DNA of 64,000 nucleotides, from assembly GCA_026390585.1 (NCBI GenBank), contig JAPLFP010000358.1:17659-81658 (forward strand), read 5' to 3'. Under the pieces are notes generated by a model. The model had not been told where the DNA came from. It did no database searches and saw nothing but the letters and a program-made list of their open reading frames with translations. Source of the stretch: Ignavibacteriales bacterium (GTDB lineage Bacteria; Bacteroidota; Ignavibacteria; UBA10030). This document shows, one piece after another, positions 27,456-35,983 of this stretch (position 1 is its first letter; the number at the start of each line of letters is the position of its first letter). Both the position numbers and the translations under genes were made by a program.

Positions 27456-28682
27456 CTATTCAAACCACGAGACAACCTCAAAGTTGCCCGTCGTCGGAAA
27501 GAACGGCGGAGCGTCGTTCATCAGGCGATCGTCGTAGTATGTGCCCCCCGGCTGGAAGCCGTGTATGACTGTCGGATTCTGGCCGCCGGAAAAGACGCCC
27601 GTGTAGCCGCCGATGTTCTGGATCATGCCGCCAACCGTGATCATCTTTCCTTCGACCGGGCGCGTGTTGTAGTTTTCAGCCCAGAGGCCATCGGTTCGTG
27701 AGAATATGGACCCCATGAGGGTAAAATCGTTGTTGGGACCGCGATTTGCGGGAACGTCACTGATATAAAGTTTGTCTTCGGCGCAGAGTCCGAGCATGTC
27801 GGTCGAATAACCGGACCGCGGGTCAGTATTGTACGTGATATCTCCATCGATCCAGACATATTTCCTGGCGCCAACAGTCACTCTGCCGTTCAGCACTCCC
27901 TTGATGTGCAAGTTGTTCTCATTGCACCAGACGGCACCGTTTGGAGCAAATGTTGTGAGGGGCTCGATCGTCCAACCGCCGCCACTCCAGTCGGTATTGC
28001 CATCAATTCTCCATTTCACATTTCCGTTTGCCAAGAACTCTATGAAGACCGGCTGGTTTCCGGACATCTGAAGCCACTTGCCGCCGGAGTTCGCCGCCGT
28101 CTTGAGAGGAGTGAGGTCCGATGGAAGAGTGACATTCACACCGTTGTCATACCCCCCCTTGAACACTGGATGTGCTAGCCCCTGGTAGTTGTTGATACCG
28201 TTCAGGCTGGTAGCGCGTTGCATGAACACGGGATTGCCGGCCACGTTCAGGAAATTATTGCAGTGGAATGGTCCCCAGATGGTGTCGCCGGTGATCCAGT
28301 ACCCGTTTTGGTCTGTGACGCTGTAGTAGTTGAATCTTGAGAAGCTGCTTGGTTGGAGGACGCAGGCCACAACGCTGGTGGTGCCTGCAAATGTGCCTGT
28401 AGACGTCATCTTCACCTGGTTGCCCCCAAGGTCTACCACTTGGACGCTGAAGGTGCCGCCGCCAAAACTCTTGTTGGAGAACCCAGCACGCCAGAGCGGA
28501 TTTTCGAAGATCGCTCGGGAGGCGAGGTTCATGCCAGCTCCAGCCAGGCTGTGGGCCATAGCTGAGTTGTTGTAGTACGTGTAGTTTTCCATCGCTGAGT
28601 TCGAAACATTGGAAATGTTCGAACCGATCATCATCAGCGCTGTTGTAAAACCTAAAACCATAATCAGTGCAGACCGACCCAT
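27456..28682 (-). CDS. PilX_N-like membrane-anchored protein with beta-helix-like ectodomain, paralog 1
   Basis: 408 aa. N-terminus MGRSALIMVLGFTTALMMIGSNI...AMAHSLAGAGMNLASR (PilX N-terminal pattern). SD AGGAGGGTG upstream. Repetitive beta-strand-rich body. Tail PTTGNFEVVSWFE. Confidence 0.6.
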   Translation of the reverse strand: MGRSALIMVLGFTTALMMIGSNISNVSNSAMENYTYYNNSAMAHSLAGAGMNLASRAIFENPLWRAGFSNKSFGGGTFSVQVVDLGGNQVKMTSTGTFAGTTSVVACVLQPSSFSRFNYYSVTDQNGYWITGDTIWGPFHCNNFLNVAGNPVFMQRATSLNGINNYQGLAHPVFKGGYDNGVNVTLPSDLTPLKTAANSGGKWLQMSGNQPVFIEFLANGNVKWRIDGNTDWSGGGWTIEPLTTFAPNGAVWCNENNLHIKGVLNGRVTVGARKYVWIDGDITYNTDPRSGYSTDMLGLCAEDKLYISDVPANRGPNNDFTLMGSIFSRTDGLWAENYNTRPVEGKMITVGGMIQNIGGYTGVFSGGQNPTVIHGFQPGGTYYDDRLMNDAPPFFPTTGNFEVVSWFE

Positions 28683-28820
28683 ACCGCTTCACCCTCCTAC
28701 CGGTGCAATGATTATGTATCGCGATACGCTAGGTTTCTGGACTACCTCCCGTAGTCCGTCAAAGCAAAGAACCTATTTTGCGCGATATCCCCGATTTCGA
28801 CAAACATGGGGTCCGCTATG

Positions 28821-28891
28821 TTAAACCACGAAATTACCTCAAAGTTCCCGGTTATCGCAGTACGTGACACCCGGTACAAAGCCGTGAATGG
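28821..28891 (-). pseudogene. 3'-end remnant of a third PilX-like paralog
   Basis: ttaaaccacgaaattacctcaaagttcccggttatcg...acccggtacaaagccgtgaatgg aligns with the last ~110 nt of both paralogs (27456.. and 29042..), with an internal deletion of about 36 nt. It encodes ...TGNFEVISWFN. Confidence 0.6.
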
Positions 28892-29041
28892 CAAAAACTG
28901 CTGCACAATGGGTACACAAAGAAAGGGCAAGCGCGGCGCTCATCAGTCCTTGGTGGGATTGACATGCACTTGGCTTGCCCTACGGTGTATGTTGCGCTAA
29001 AACCCTTGAATTAGGTCTTTCTCAGGTATAGAGGATGACTT

Positions 29042-30271
29042 CTACTCAAACCACGAAACCACCTCAAAATTCCCTGTCGTTGGGAAATACGGTGGAGCGT
29101 CATTCAGCAGCCGATCGTCATAGTATGTACCCCCCGGCGTGAAGCCGTGAATGATCGAACTACCGGAAAACACACCCGTGTACCCGCCGATTTTCTGTAT
29201 CTGCCCCCCAACCGTTGTCATTTTTCCTTCAACAGGGCGAGTGTTGTAGTGTTCCGCCCAGAGACCGTCTGTCCGTGAGAATATGGAGCCCATGAGGGTA
29301 AACTGATTGTTGGGACCGCGGTTTTCGGGAACGTCGCTGATATAGAGCTTCTCGTCAGCACAGAGTCCGAGCAGGTCGTCCGAGTAACCGAGCCGTGGGT
29401 CTGCAGCGTACGTGAGATCTCCGTCGATCCAGACAGTCTTCTTGCAGCCAACGGTCACCTTTCCGTTCAACACTCCCTTGATGTGAAGGTCTTTCTCCTG
29501 GCACCAGACTGCGCCATTCGGAGCAAACGCTGTAAGAGGCTCGGTCGTCCAGCCGCCTCCGCTCCAGTCAGGATTGCCGTCAATCCTCCATGTTACCGTC
29601 CCATCGGCGTTGAACTGTATAAAGACCGGCTGATTTCCAGCCATCTGGAGCCATTTGCCATTCGTTGCTGCTGCGTTTTTGAGCGTATCAAAATCACCCG
29701 GAAGGGTGACATTCACACCACTGTCATATCCCCCCTTGAAAACCGGGTGGGCGTTATTGTAGTTCCAGATCCCGTTCAAACTCGTCGCACGCTGCATGAA
29801 CACAGGGCTGCCGCCATTGGTGTAGGCCACGTTCAGAGTGTTGTTGCAATGGAATGGTCCCCAGATAGTATCACCGCCGACCCAGAACCCGCTCTGGTCT
29901 GTGACGCTGTAGTAGGTGTACCTCGAAAAGGTGCTTGGTTGGAGCACGCAAGCTACAACACGTTGGATGCCGGCAAACGTTGATGTCGATGTCATCTTCA
30001 CCCTGTTACTACTTCCAAAGTTTGCCACCGTGACGTTGAACATGCCGCCGCCAAAACTCTTGTTGGAAAAGCCGTTGCGCCAGAGTCGATTCTCAAAAAT
30101 TGACCGTGACGCGAGGTTTATGCCAGCACCTGCTATGGCGTGTGCCATGGCGTTGTTGTTGTAGGCTGTGTAGTTTTCCATCCCCGCGTTGGAGACTTTG
30201 GTGATGTTCGAACCGATCATAAGCAGGGCTGTCGTAAAGCCCAAGACCATAATGAGTGCTGATCGTCCCAT
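29042..30271 (-). CDS. PilX_N-like membrane-anchored protein with beta-helix-like ectodomain, paralog 2
   Basis: 409 aa. Collinear with paralog 1; by eye roughly three quarters of positions are identical. SD AAGGAG 7 nt before ATG 30271. Confidence 0.6.
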   Translation of the reverse strand: MGRSALIMVLGFTTALLMIGSNITKVSNAGMENYTAYNNNAMAHAIAGAGINLASRSIFENRLWRNGFSNKSFGGGMFNVTVANFGSSNRVKMTSTSTFAGIQRVVACVLQPSTFSRYTYYSVTDQSGFWVGGDTIWGPFHCNNTLNVAYTNGGSPVFMQRATSLNGIWNYNNAHPVFKGGYDSGVNVTLPGDFDTLKNAAATNGKWLQMAGNQPVFIQFNADGTVTWRIDGNPDWSGGGWTTEPLTAFAPNGAVWCQEKDLHIKGVLNGKVTVGCKKTVWIDGDLTYAADPRLGYSDDLLGLCADEKLYISDVPENRGPNNQFTLMGSIFSRTDGLWAEHYNTRPVEGKMTTVGGQIQKIGGYTGVFSGSSIIHGFTPGGTYYDDRLLNDAPPYFPTTGNFEVVSWFE

Positions 30272-30286
30272 GGTGTACTCCTTTGT

Positions 30287-30934
30287 CTATCTGTTTCGCA
30301 GGTTGCGCGATGCGAGCCGGATTTGTTTCCAGTATACTTTGAAGTCTTCCGAAGCCGACGTGCTGTCACGGTATTCAATCTGTGTCATCGGCGCAGGACT
30401 CTCAAGCGAAACGTTTATTTCCAATGTATAGATGAGCTTTGGATCCGCGATGGGAAATGGGAGAGTATCGCCCAGGGCGTCGTAATAACGAAGAGCAAAC
30501 CGCGTGACGCCAAGATTCCAACCCGTTGCCGTGTTTCCATTGACCACGCGATAAAGGGGTTTTTCGCGTGGGTTGTTCGGGTTGCCACCAATGGAGCCTG
30601 TGTAGTACCAGATGGTATCAACAATTCCATCACCAAATTCGGTTGGAGCCGGACTTGCCGGAATGTCTGTGAGGAATTTGATGCTCACGGAATCCGCGTA
30701 CACGATGGCAATGTTCGGTGGACTGATCTTGGTGAAGTCTTTGCAGTAACCGATCTTTCGGAAATCGGCTTCAACAATGTCGACCAGCGCAACCATTCCT
30801 TGCTGAAGATTGAGATTGTTCTGGTAAATGGCATTTGTCTCGATGGCCTGAGCGTTCAGCCGCAGCGCCATCAGCAAGAGCATGCCTCCGATGACCGTCG
30901 ATGTGATGATGTCGAATATGGTGGTGGTTCCCAT
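30287..30934 (-). CDS. PilW-like (minor-pilin-like) protein lacking a prepilin leader
   Basis: 215 aa. MGTTTIFDIITSTVIGGMLLLMALRLNAQ...LQQGMVALVDIVEADFRKIGY parallels the PilW N-terminal helix and the following conserved segment. An in-frame TGA (30940..30938) lies two codons upstream of the ATG. Confidence 0.5.
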   Translation of the reverse strand: MGTTTIFDIITSTVIGGMLLLMALRLNAQAIETNAIYQNNLNLQQGMVALVDIVEADFRKIGYCKDFTKISPPNIAIVYADSVSIKFLTDIPASPAPTEFGDGIVDTIWYYTGSIGGNPNNPREKPLYRVVNGNTATGWNLGVTRFALRYYDALGDTLPFPIADPKLIYTLEINVSLESPAPMTQIEYRDSTSASEDFKVYWKQIRLASRNLRNR

Positions 30935-30937
30935 AGA

Positions 30938-31468
30938 TCACCTGAATGACCAGTTACTGAAGAGGTATGACATCTGAAGCGTGTCTTGTGAAGCGCGTCC
31001 CCTGACGTAGACGGTAAGCTTCTTCATCCACGTCCTGTAGGCCCTGTACGTATTTGGATTTGAGGTATCGACATAGCAAACTTTGGCCCACCGTAGAAAT
31101 ATATCCACATCCGGGATCACGACCGTGTCAGCCCTCACGATGATGCTATCTCGCGAGGGGCCACCCCTCATCCAGTTGTAATCGTCGAAATCATTGTAAT
31201 CGGGACGAAGCTCACCCACCTCCGGGCCGAGCGAATCGTACGGCGTGAGCTGAGTCAGGTATTGAGGGAAGCCGACCAGGGAATACCTGTCGAACGCCTT
31301 GCCGCGGGCCTCTTCAAGAAGGGATGTCGCAAGCGATACACCGAAAAGTCCGATCTCGGTTTGCTGGAGAACAACTCCGTGCTGCAGGAATGTCCTGTTC
31401 ACGCTGACGACGTTCGTACCCAGGAGTACGATGGCAACGATGGTGAGAACAGTCTGGCCAGTGCCCAT
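30938..31468 (-). CDS. PilV/FimU-like (minor-pilin-like) protein lacking a prepilin leader
   Basis: 176 aa. MGTGQTVLTIVAIVLLGTNVVSV...GVSLATSLLEEARGKAF. RBS-like GAAAGG upstream. An in-frame TAG (31477..31475) lies three codons upstream of the ATG. Confidence 0.45.
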   Translation of the reverse strand: MGTGQTVLTIVAIVLLGTNVVSVNRTFLQHGVVLQQTEIGLFGVSLATSLLEEARGKAFDRYSLVGFPQYLTQLTPYDSLGPEVGELRPDYNDFDDYNWMRGGPSRDSIIVRADTVVIPDVDIFLRWAKVCYVDTSNPNTYRAYRTWMKKLTVYVRGRASQDTLQMSYLFSNWSFR

Positions 31469-31550
31469 GCGAATCTACCTTTCTTCCAATTCTTCACAGC
31501 GGATGTTGGCGAAGTAACTGTCCGACGGACATACGCCTAATGTTGCAATT

Positions 31551-31579
31551 AAATTAGTTGATTGGTGATAGAACATCAA
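31551..31579 (-). promoter_or_regulatory. candidate sigma-70-type promoter of the pilin-like operon
   Basis: Minus strand: TTGATG (31579..31574), 17 nt, TAATTT (31556..31551), about 80 nt upstream of ATG 31468. Pattern match only. Confidence 0.3.
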
Positions 31580-33111
31580 ATGACCCTTGTCACTTTCGAG
31601 AATTTCTGCGACGTTGGGTGAATTCACTACAAGCTTTGGATATACATCTCAATTGACGTACCAACGCGGTTTTGTCGTGTATTCCTGGGGTTTCCGAAAG
31701 TTTCGGAACGACGAAAAGACGATTTTCCTTTTTGGACAGAAAGAAAACGAGACATGTCTCATTATGTAACAAAGAGAATACCATCGAAATTCCCAAGATC
31801 TTTGGCAAGCCGGGAAGCCCGGCGTCGAACTGTAAGCACATTACGTTTCCCCAAGCTCTTTTCCAGGGCACTTCCAGAACAAGCCCCCCTTGATCTGGTT
31901 CTCTATGGTCGACAAACAACGGCATCAAAGCGGAGAAAATCTCTGGTGCGTTTGCGCGTGATGTCGATAAGATCTTCACAACAAATGTTGATCGGTTCTT
32001 CGCGAACCTGGAACGCTGAGCCGATTGTAAGCAACAGCCTTCCCCGACATAGACAACTGTTGGCAAGGACGTCTATGCTACGATGTTTGATCGCTAAGCG
32101 GAGAACGCGGGACCTCCCCATCTTTCATCTGCCGTTTGCCAGCGCTGTAATCTCCGATCATTCCATTGGGTCCGATCTGGACAAGCGAGCAAGACGTATT
32201 TTTCCCGGCGATAGTCCTATTATAGATATGGTTCGCCGCTACGTCCAGCTCACATTTCATGATTGGGTGTCGGTCGATTGTATGCATATCAGAAAAGCCA
32301 CCCTCTGAGTTATGTGGTTTCTTCTTGAAAACGATCTTGCGCCCGCCCTTGATGAACCGCAGACTCTCCAGAACCGCAATGTCATCACAGGTTCCGAATT
32401 GCTGAGATCGGAAACGTGCCCGCTGAACCATTGATGCTCCGCGTAAACCGCGGGCATCGAACAGACCGGGGCTAACATCTTTGTAGAGAGCGCTCGACGA
32501 GGTCGCAACTCATAGCAGCACACTTCGCCTGAACGAAAGGCGCGAACAATGTGTCATCCTACTGCAGCACGCATGCCCGGTTAGACCATCCTGGAGGAAA
32601 TTGGCACTGCAAACACCGTCAACGCGTACAAGCTGCTTTATTTTATTAGAGAACATTCTTCCCCCTGGCCACCCTCTCCCATCATATCAATGCGGACGAT
32701 ATACGGCTGCCGCCTCTGTGATCCGTCGAGAAGCAGATGGAAATGTGGCATTTCGATGCTGTAGAGATAGTAACATTCGTTGGACTGATGAAAGTGAGTA
32801 TAACTCGTCAGTGCGGCGGCGCCCTGCATGAGCTCAAGCAATGAACTATCTGTGAATCGTAAAACGGCGATGCGAGGGAAATGCTTTCTGCGGAAACAGG
32901 TTGTGAAAGCCCTTCTTGTGCAATTGCCTCGAAGGTGACAGGGACAAGCAAGGACATTGGGAGCGATGTTTGTATATGCAGAAGTGAGCTGGTGTCTGTA
33001 AGGAGTGGAGATGGGCGCTGAGCTCATCGAGAGACTGAACGAGTCGACGACTCCTATCCTCCGTTGCGGTGAAGCGCGGGGGCACTAACCGCCTCGGATC
33101 AGAGCGCTAGA

Positions 33112-33825
33112 CTATTGCTGGACGAGGGCGAGCATTTCGCGAACAGCGTTGTCGAGTCCGACAAATAAGGATCGCACAATGACAGCGTAGCCGATACTCA
33201 ATTCGTCGATTGCTGGAATCGCGGCAATGGGTCGGACGTTTAAGTAATCGAGACCGTGACCGGCATTGACGCCAAGGCCGAGGGATTTGGCGTGAGCTGC
33301 GCCTCGCCGTATTTGTGCAAGCAATTCATATTGTTTGTGAGTGTCCCGCGCCTCGGCATATTCACCCGTGTGGATCTCAATCATGTCGCTGCCAATTTCA
33401 TGAGCGAGGTCAATCTGTTCGCGAAGCGGATTGATAAAGAGGCTGACAGGGATCTTGTGCTGATGGAAGGTCTTGATGACCCCTTCAAGTTGGTGCTTGT
33501 TTGCTCGGACATCCAACCCATCTTCGGTTGTCAATTCTCTGCGGTGTTCGGGGACGAGGGTAACGAAATCGGGAGCAATATCGAGTGCTATTCGAACAAT
33601 CTCGTCGGTGGCTCCCATTTCGAGGTCAAGTTTTCCTTTGATCGATTGACGGAGCGAGCGCACATCGGCATCCCGGATATGGCGCCGATCTTCCCTGAGG
33701 TGACAAACGACACCGCTGGCGCCAGCAGCCTCGCAGATCCGAGCCGCCTCCGTGGGGTCAGGTTCGGTTCCACCGCGGGCATTCCTAAGTGTGGCAATAT
33801 GATCTATATTAATGGCCAGACGCAT
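33112..33825 (-). CDS. pdxJ: pyridoxine 5'-phosphate synthase
   Basis: 237 aa. MRLAINIDHIATLRNARGG...HLREDRRHI...EMG...TLVPE...IELHTG-like (IEIHTGEYA)...NAGHGL are classic PdxJ blocks. Confidence 0.92.
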   Translation of the reverse strand: MRLAINIDHIATLRNARGGTEPDPTEAARICEAAGASGVVCHLREDRRHIRDADVRSLRQSIKGKLDLEMGATDEIVRIALDIAPDFVTLVPEHRRELTTEDGLDVRANKHQLEGVIKTFHQHKIPVSLFINPLREQIDLAHEIGSDMIEIHTGEYAEARDTHKQYELLAQIRRGAAHAKSLGLGVNAGHGLDYLNVRPIAAIPAIDELSIGYAVIVRSLFVGLDNAVREMLALVQQ

Positions 33826-34023
33826 TCAATCCTCGCAACGATGATTACAGTAGTCCCAATATATCAAAATTCGCACTCTTTGGAAATCCCTCAGGATTCG
33901 AACAAATATGGGTACTCCCTGAAGCATGGACCGCAGAAGTGTGGTGGCAGCGTCGCAACTTTTCTTCAGAAAACAGCGTAGGTTTGAGTAGGTCTATCCT
34001 CAATATCTCTTCAAGGTGACACC

Positions 34024-35721
34024 ATGAAACTCTTCTCCAGATTCTCGTTGGTAGTTCTCTTCACCATATTCTTCCTGGCCGCTACGGCTGCACAATCGAA
34101 GAAAAACGATACCCCTTCGACAGACAACCGAGAAAGTGTTGGGCAACGCATCGGGTCTATTGTGGAAGATGTGATCAATTCGATTGAGAAAACATTTTCA
34201 GGGCGGCTTGAGGACAATTCTTCCAGGAAGAGCTCAGGCGCTCTCGTCCGTACTAAAACATTGCCGACCGACGAGATAGACTTCACCGCTGATGAAGACA
34301 CGAGCGTTACCTACGAAGGCAACACGATCATAGAGAAAAGGGACACGGTCAACTCGAATGTGGTTGTCAAAGCTGGAACCCTGACAGTGTATGGCCGCAT
34401 CAATGGCGACGTGCTGGTCATTGGCGGCGACCTGAGAATCAAAGACAACGCATACATCAGCGGAAACGTGAAGGTGATCAATGGCGAAGTACTGAAAGAT
34501 GAAGATGCAGTCGTCGTCGGCTATGTCGACAAGAGCAGCTCGCGGAAAGAGAAAGCGTATCGCGAGGAGACGAAAGATTTTCGCAAAGCGTCCACCCGGT
34601 TGAACGCAACCTGGGTTCCCGAAACCACAAATCTTGATAACTTCATTTTCCGGTACAACCGCGTTGAAGGTCTTTTCCTTGGGCTAGGATCCGAGAAGCG
34701 GTACTATTGGGATGGTCAGAAACTCTACAGCGCGTATGGATCCTTCGGCTATGGATTCAAATCGCACAACTGGCGCGGCAACCTGGGATTGAGCAGACAA
34801 TTTGCCTTCGACGATGGACAACTGTTTGAGGTTGAGGTCGAAGGACACAGCCTGACCGATTCGAAAGAAGACTGGCTGATTGGACTGGGCGAGAACACGG
34901 CGGCAGCGTTTTTCATTCATGAAGATTTTCGCGACTACTTCCAGCGGAGTGGATTTGGTGTGAACGCGGGATATGCAGTACAGCAGGACTATCTGACGGG
35001 TCAAGTGAAAGTCGGTTATCTGTCGGATGAATACCGATCGATGACGAATCAAACCGAATGGTCGCTGTTTGGTGGCAACAAGGTTTTCCGGTTGAATCCT
35101 TTGATCGACGAAGGCATGATGAGAAGTGTCGTGGCGTCGGCTGGCGTGAGCACGGTGACCACGACGATCTATGGTCCGGAGGGGTGGAGCATTCTTGCGA
35201 CTGCGGAAGGTGCAAAGAAAAGTCTGAGGAGCGATTTTGAGTTTAACCGGTATGTGGCCGATATCCGACGATATCAACCATTGGGGCGGTACGACAACCT
35301 CAATGTTCGTGCGCGAGTTGGTAGCTCGGATGGTGTGCTTCCCATCCAGAAAGCGTTCGATATAGGCGGATTGGGGACGCTACCGGCATTTCCGTTCAAA
35401 GGGGAGACGGGGAACAGAATGCTGCTGCTGAATGCAGAGCTTGTCATCAACGGGGATTTCCTTGGGGACATCTCCTTCTGGCCAAGTTGGTTGTTGCGGG
35501 AAATCAACTTTGTTGCTTTCTCAGATGCAGGACTTGTTCGTACGATGCCTGCAACCGCGCGATGGACAGAGGGATTTGACAACATACGCTTCTCAGATTT
35601 TCAGCACGATGTTGGTGTGGGAGTTGGAACACGCAGCGGGTCGTTCCGGGTTGCGTTTGTGTGGAGGACGGATCACAGCGAACCCGCGCGTCTGGTTCTG
35701 CGGATCGCGCGTCCATTCTAA
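34024..35721 (+). CDS. outer-membrane beta-barrel protein (Omp85/surface-antigen-like C-terminus) with N-terminal bactofilin-like (polymer-forming) repeat segment
   Basis: Signal peptide MKLFSRFSLVVLFTIFFLAATAAQ. VVKAGTLTVYGRINGDVLVIGGDLRIKDNAYISGNVKVINGEV is a bactofilin-type beta-helix repeat. C-terminal FDIGGLGTLPAFPFKGETGNRMLLLNAEL, ending in ...RIARPF (an aromatic terminal residue, typical of outer membrane proteins). Confidence 0.65.
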   Translation: MKLFSRFSLVVLFTIFFLAATAAQSKKNDTPSTDNRESVGQRIGSIVEDVINSIEKTFSGRLEDNSSRKSSGALVRTKTLPTDEIDFTADEDTSVTYEGNTIIEKRDTVNSNVVVKAGTLTVYGRINGDVLVIGGDLRIKDNAYISGNVKVINGEVLKDEDAVVVGYVDKSSSRKEKAYREETKDFRKASTRLNATWVPETTNLDNFIFRYNRVEGLFLGLGSEKRYYWDGQKLYSAYGSFGYGFKSHNWRGNLGLSRQFAFDDGQLFEVEVEGHSLTDSKEDWLIGLGENTAAAFFIHEDFRDYFQRSGFGVNAGYAVQQDYLTGQVKVGYLSDEYRSMTNQTEWSLFGGNKVFRLNPLIDEGMMRSVVASAGVSTVTTTIYGPEGWSILATAEGAKKSLRSDFEFNRYVADIRRYQPLGRYDNLNVRARVGSSDGVLPIQKAFDIGGLGTLPAFPFKGETGNRMLLLNAELVINGDFLGDISFWPSWLLREINFVAFSDAGLVRTMPATARWTEGFDNIRFSDFQHDVGVGVGTRSGSFRVAFVWRTDHSEPARLVLRIARPF

Positions 35722-35747
35722 GAGAGACAAAAACCTCACCGTATGTC

Positions 35748-35778
35748 AAAAGGTCGGATGATGAATCCGACCTTTTTT
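35748..35778 (+). terminator. rho-independent terminator
   Basis: aaaaggtcgga (35748..35758), tgatgaa, tccgacctttt (35766..35776), then a T-run to 35778. Lies 27 nt after the stop at 35721. Confidence 0.7.
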
Positions 35779-35983
35779 GTCCCCCGGCAGATCAGTGATT
35801 TCACGCAGAAGTTACCGCTTCCATCGACGTAGTCGAAAAAGTATCGTTTCTGGTGCGCTTTAGCGAATTTCGCACTATCTTAAGCTTGTGGCCGCACCCG
35901 GGAGTCAAATGCAGTTGAGAATATCCCTCAGCCACACCCCCATTGAGGTTACCATGTTGAAATCACTTTACTAGATTGCCGGT

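Noticed and set aside
28635-28655. LGFTTAL in the PilX-like proteins as a G/F prepilin peptidase cleavage site
   Set aside because: It lies in the middle of the hydrophobic helix rather than after a charged leader. There is no Glu at +5. The PilX_N family pattern explains the sequence without cleavage.
31590-32066. 158-aa minus-strand ORF directly upstream of the pilin-like operon, considered as a candidate major pilin or regulator
   Set aside because: It has no N-terminal hydrophobic pilin helix, no recognisable motif and no SD. It is overlapped by equally long ORFs in other frames, so I treated it as part of the decayed region.
35972-35974. TAG as a recoded (sense) codon
   Set aside because: TAG terminates other well-supported genes in the window at natural C-termini: the NFACT gene at 3117..3119, the PilW-like gene at 30287..30289 and pdxJ at 33112..33114.
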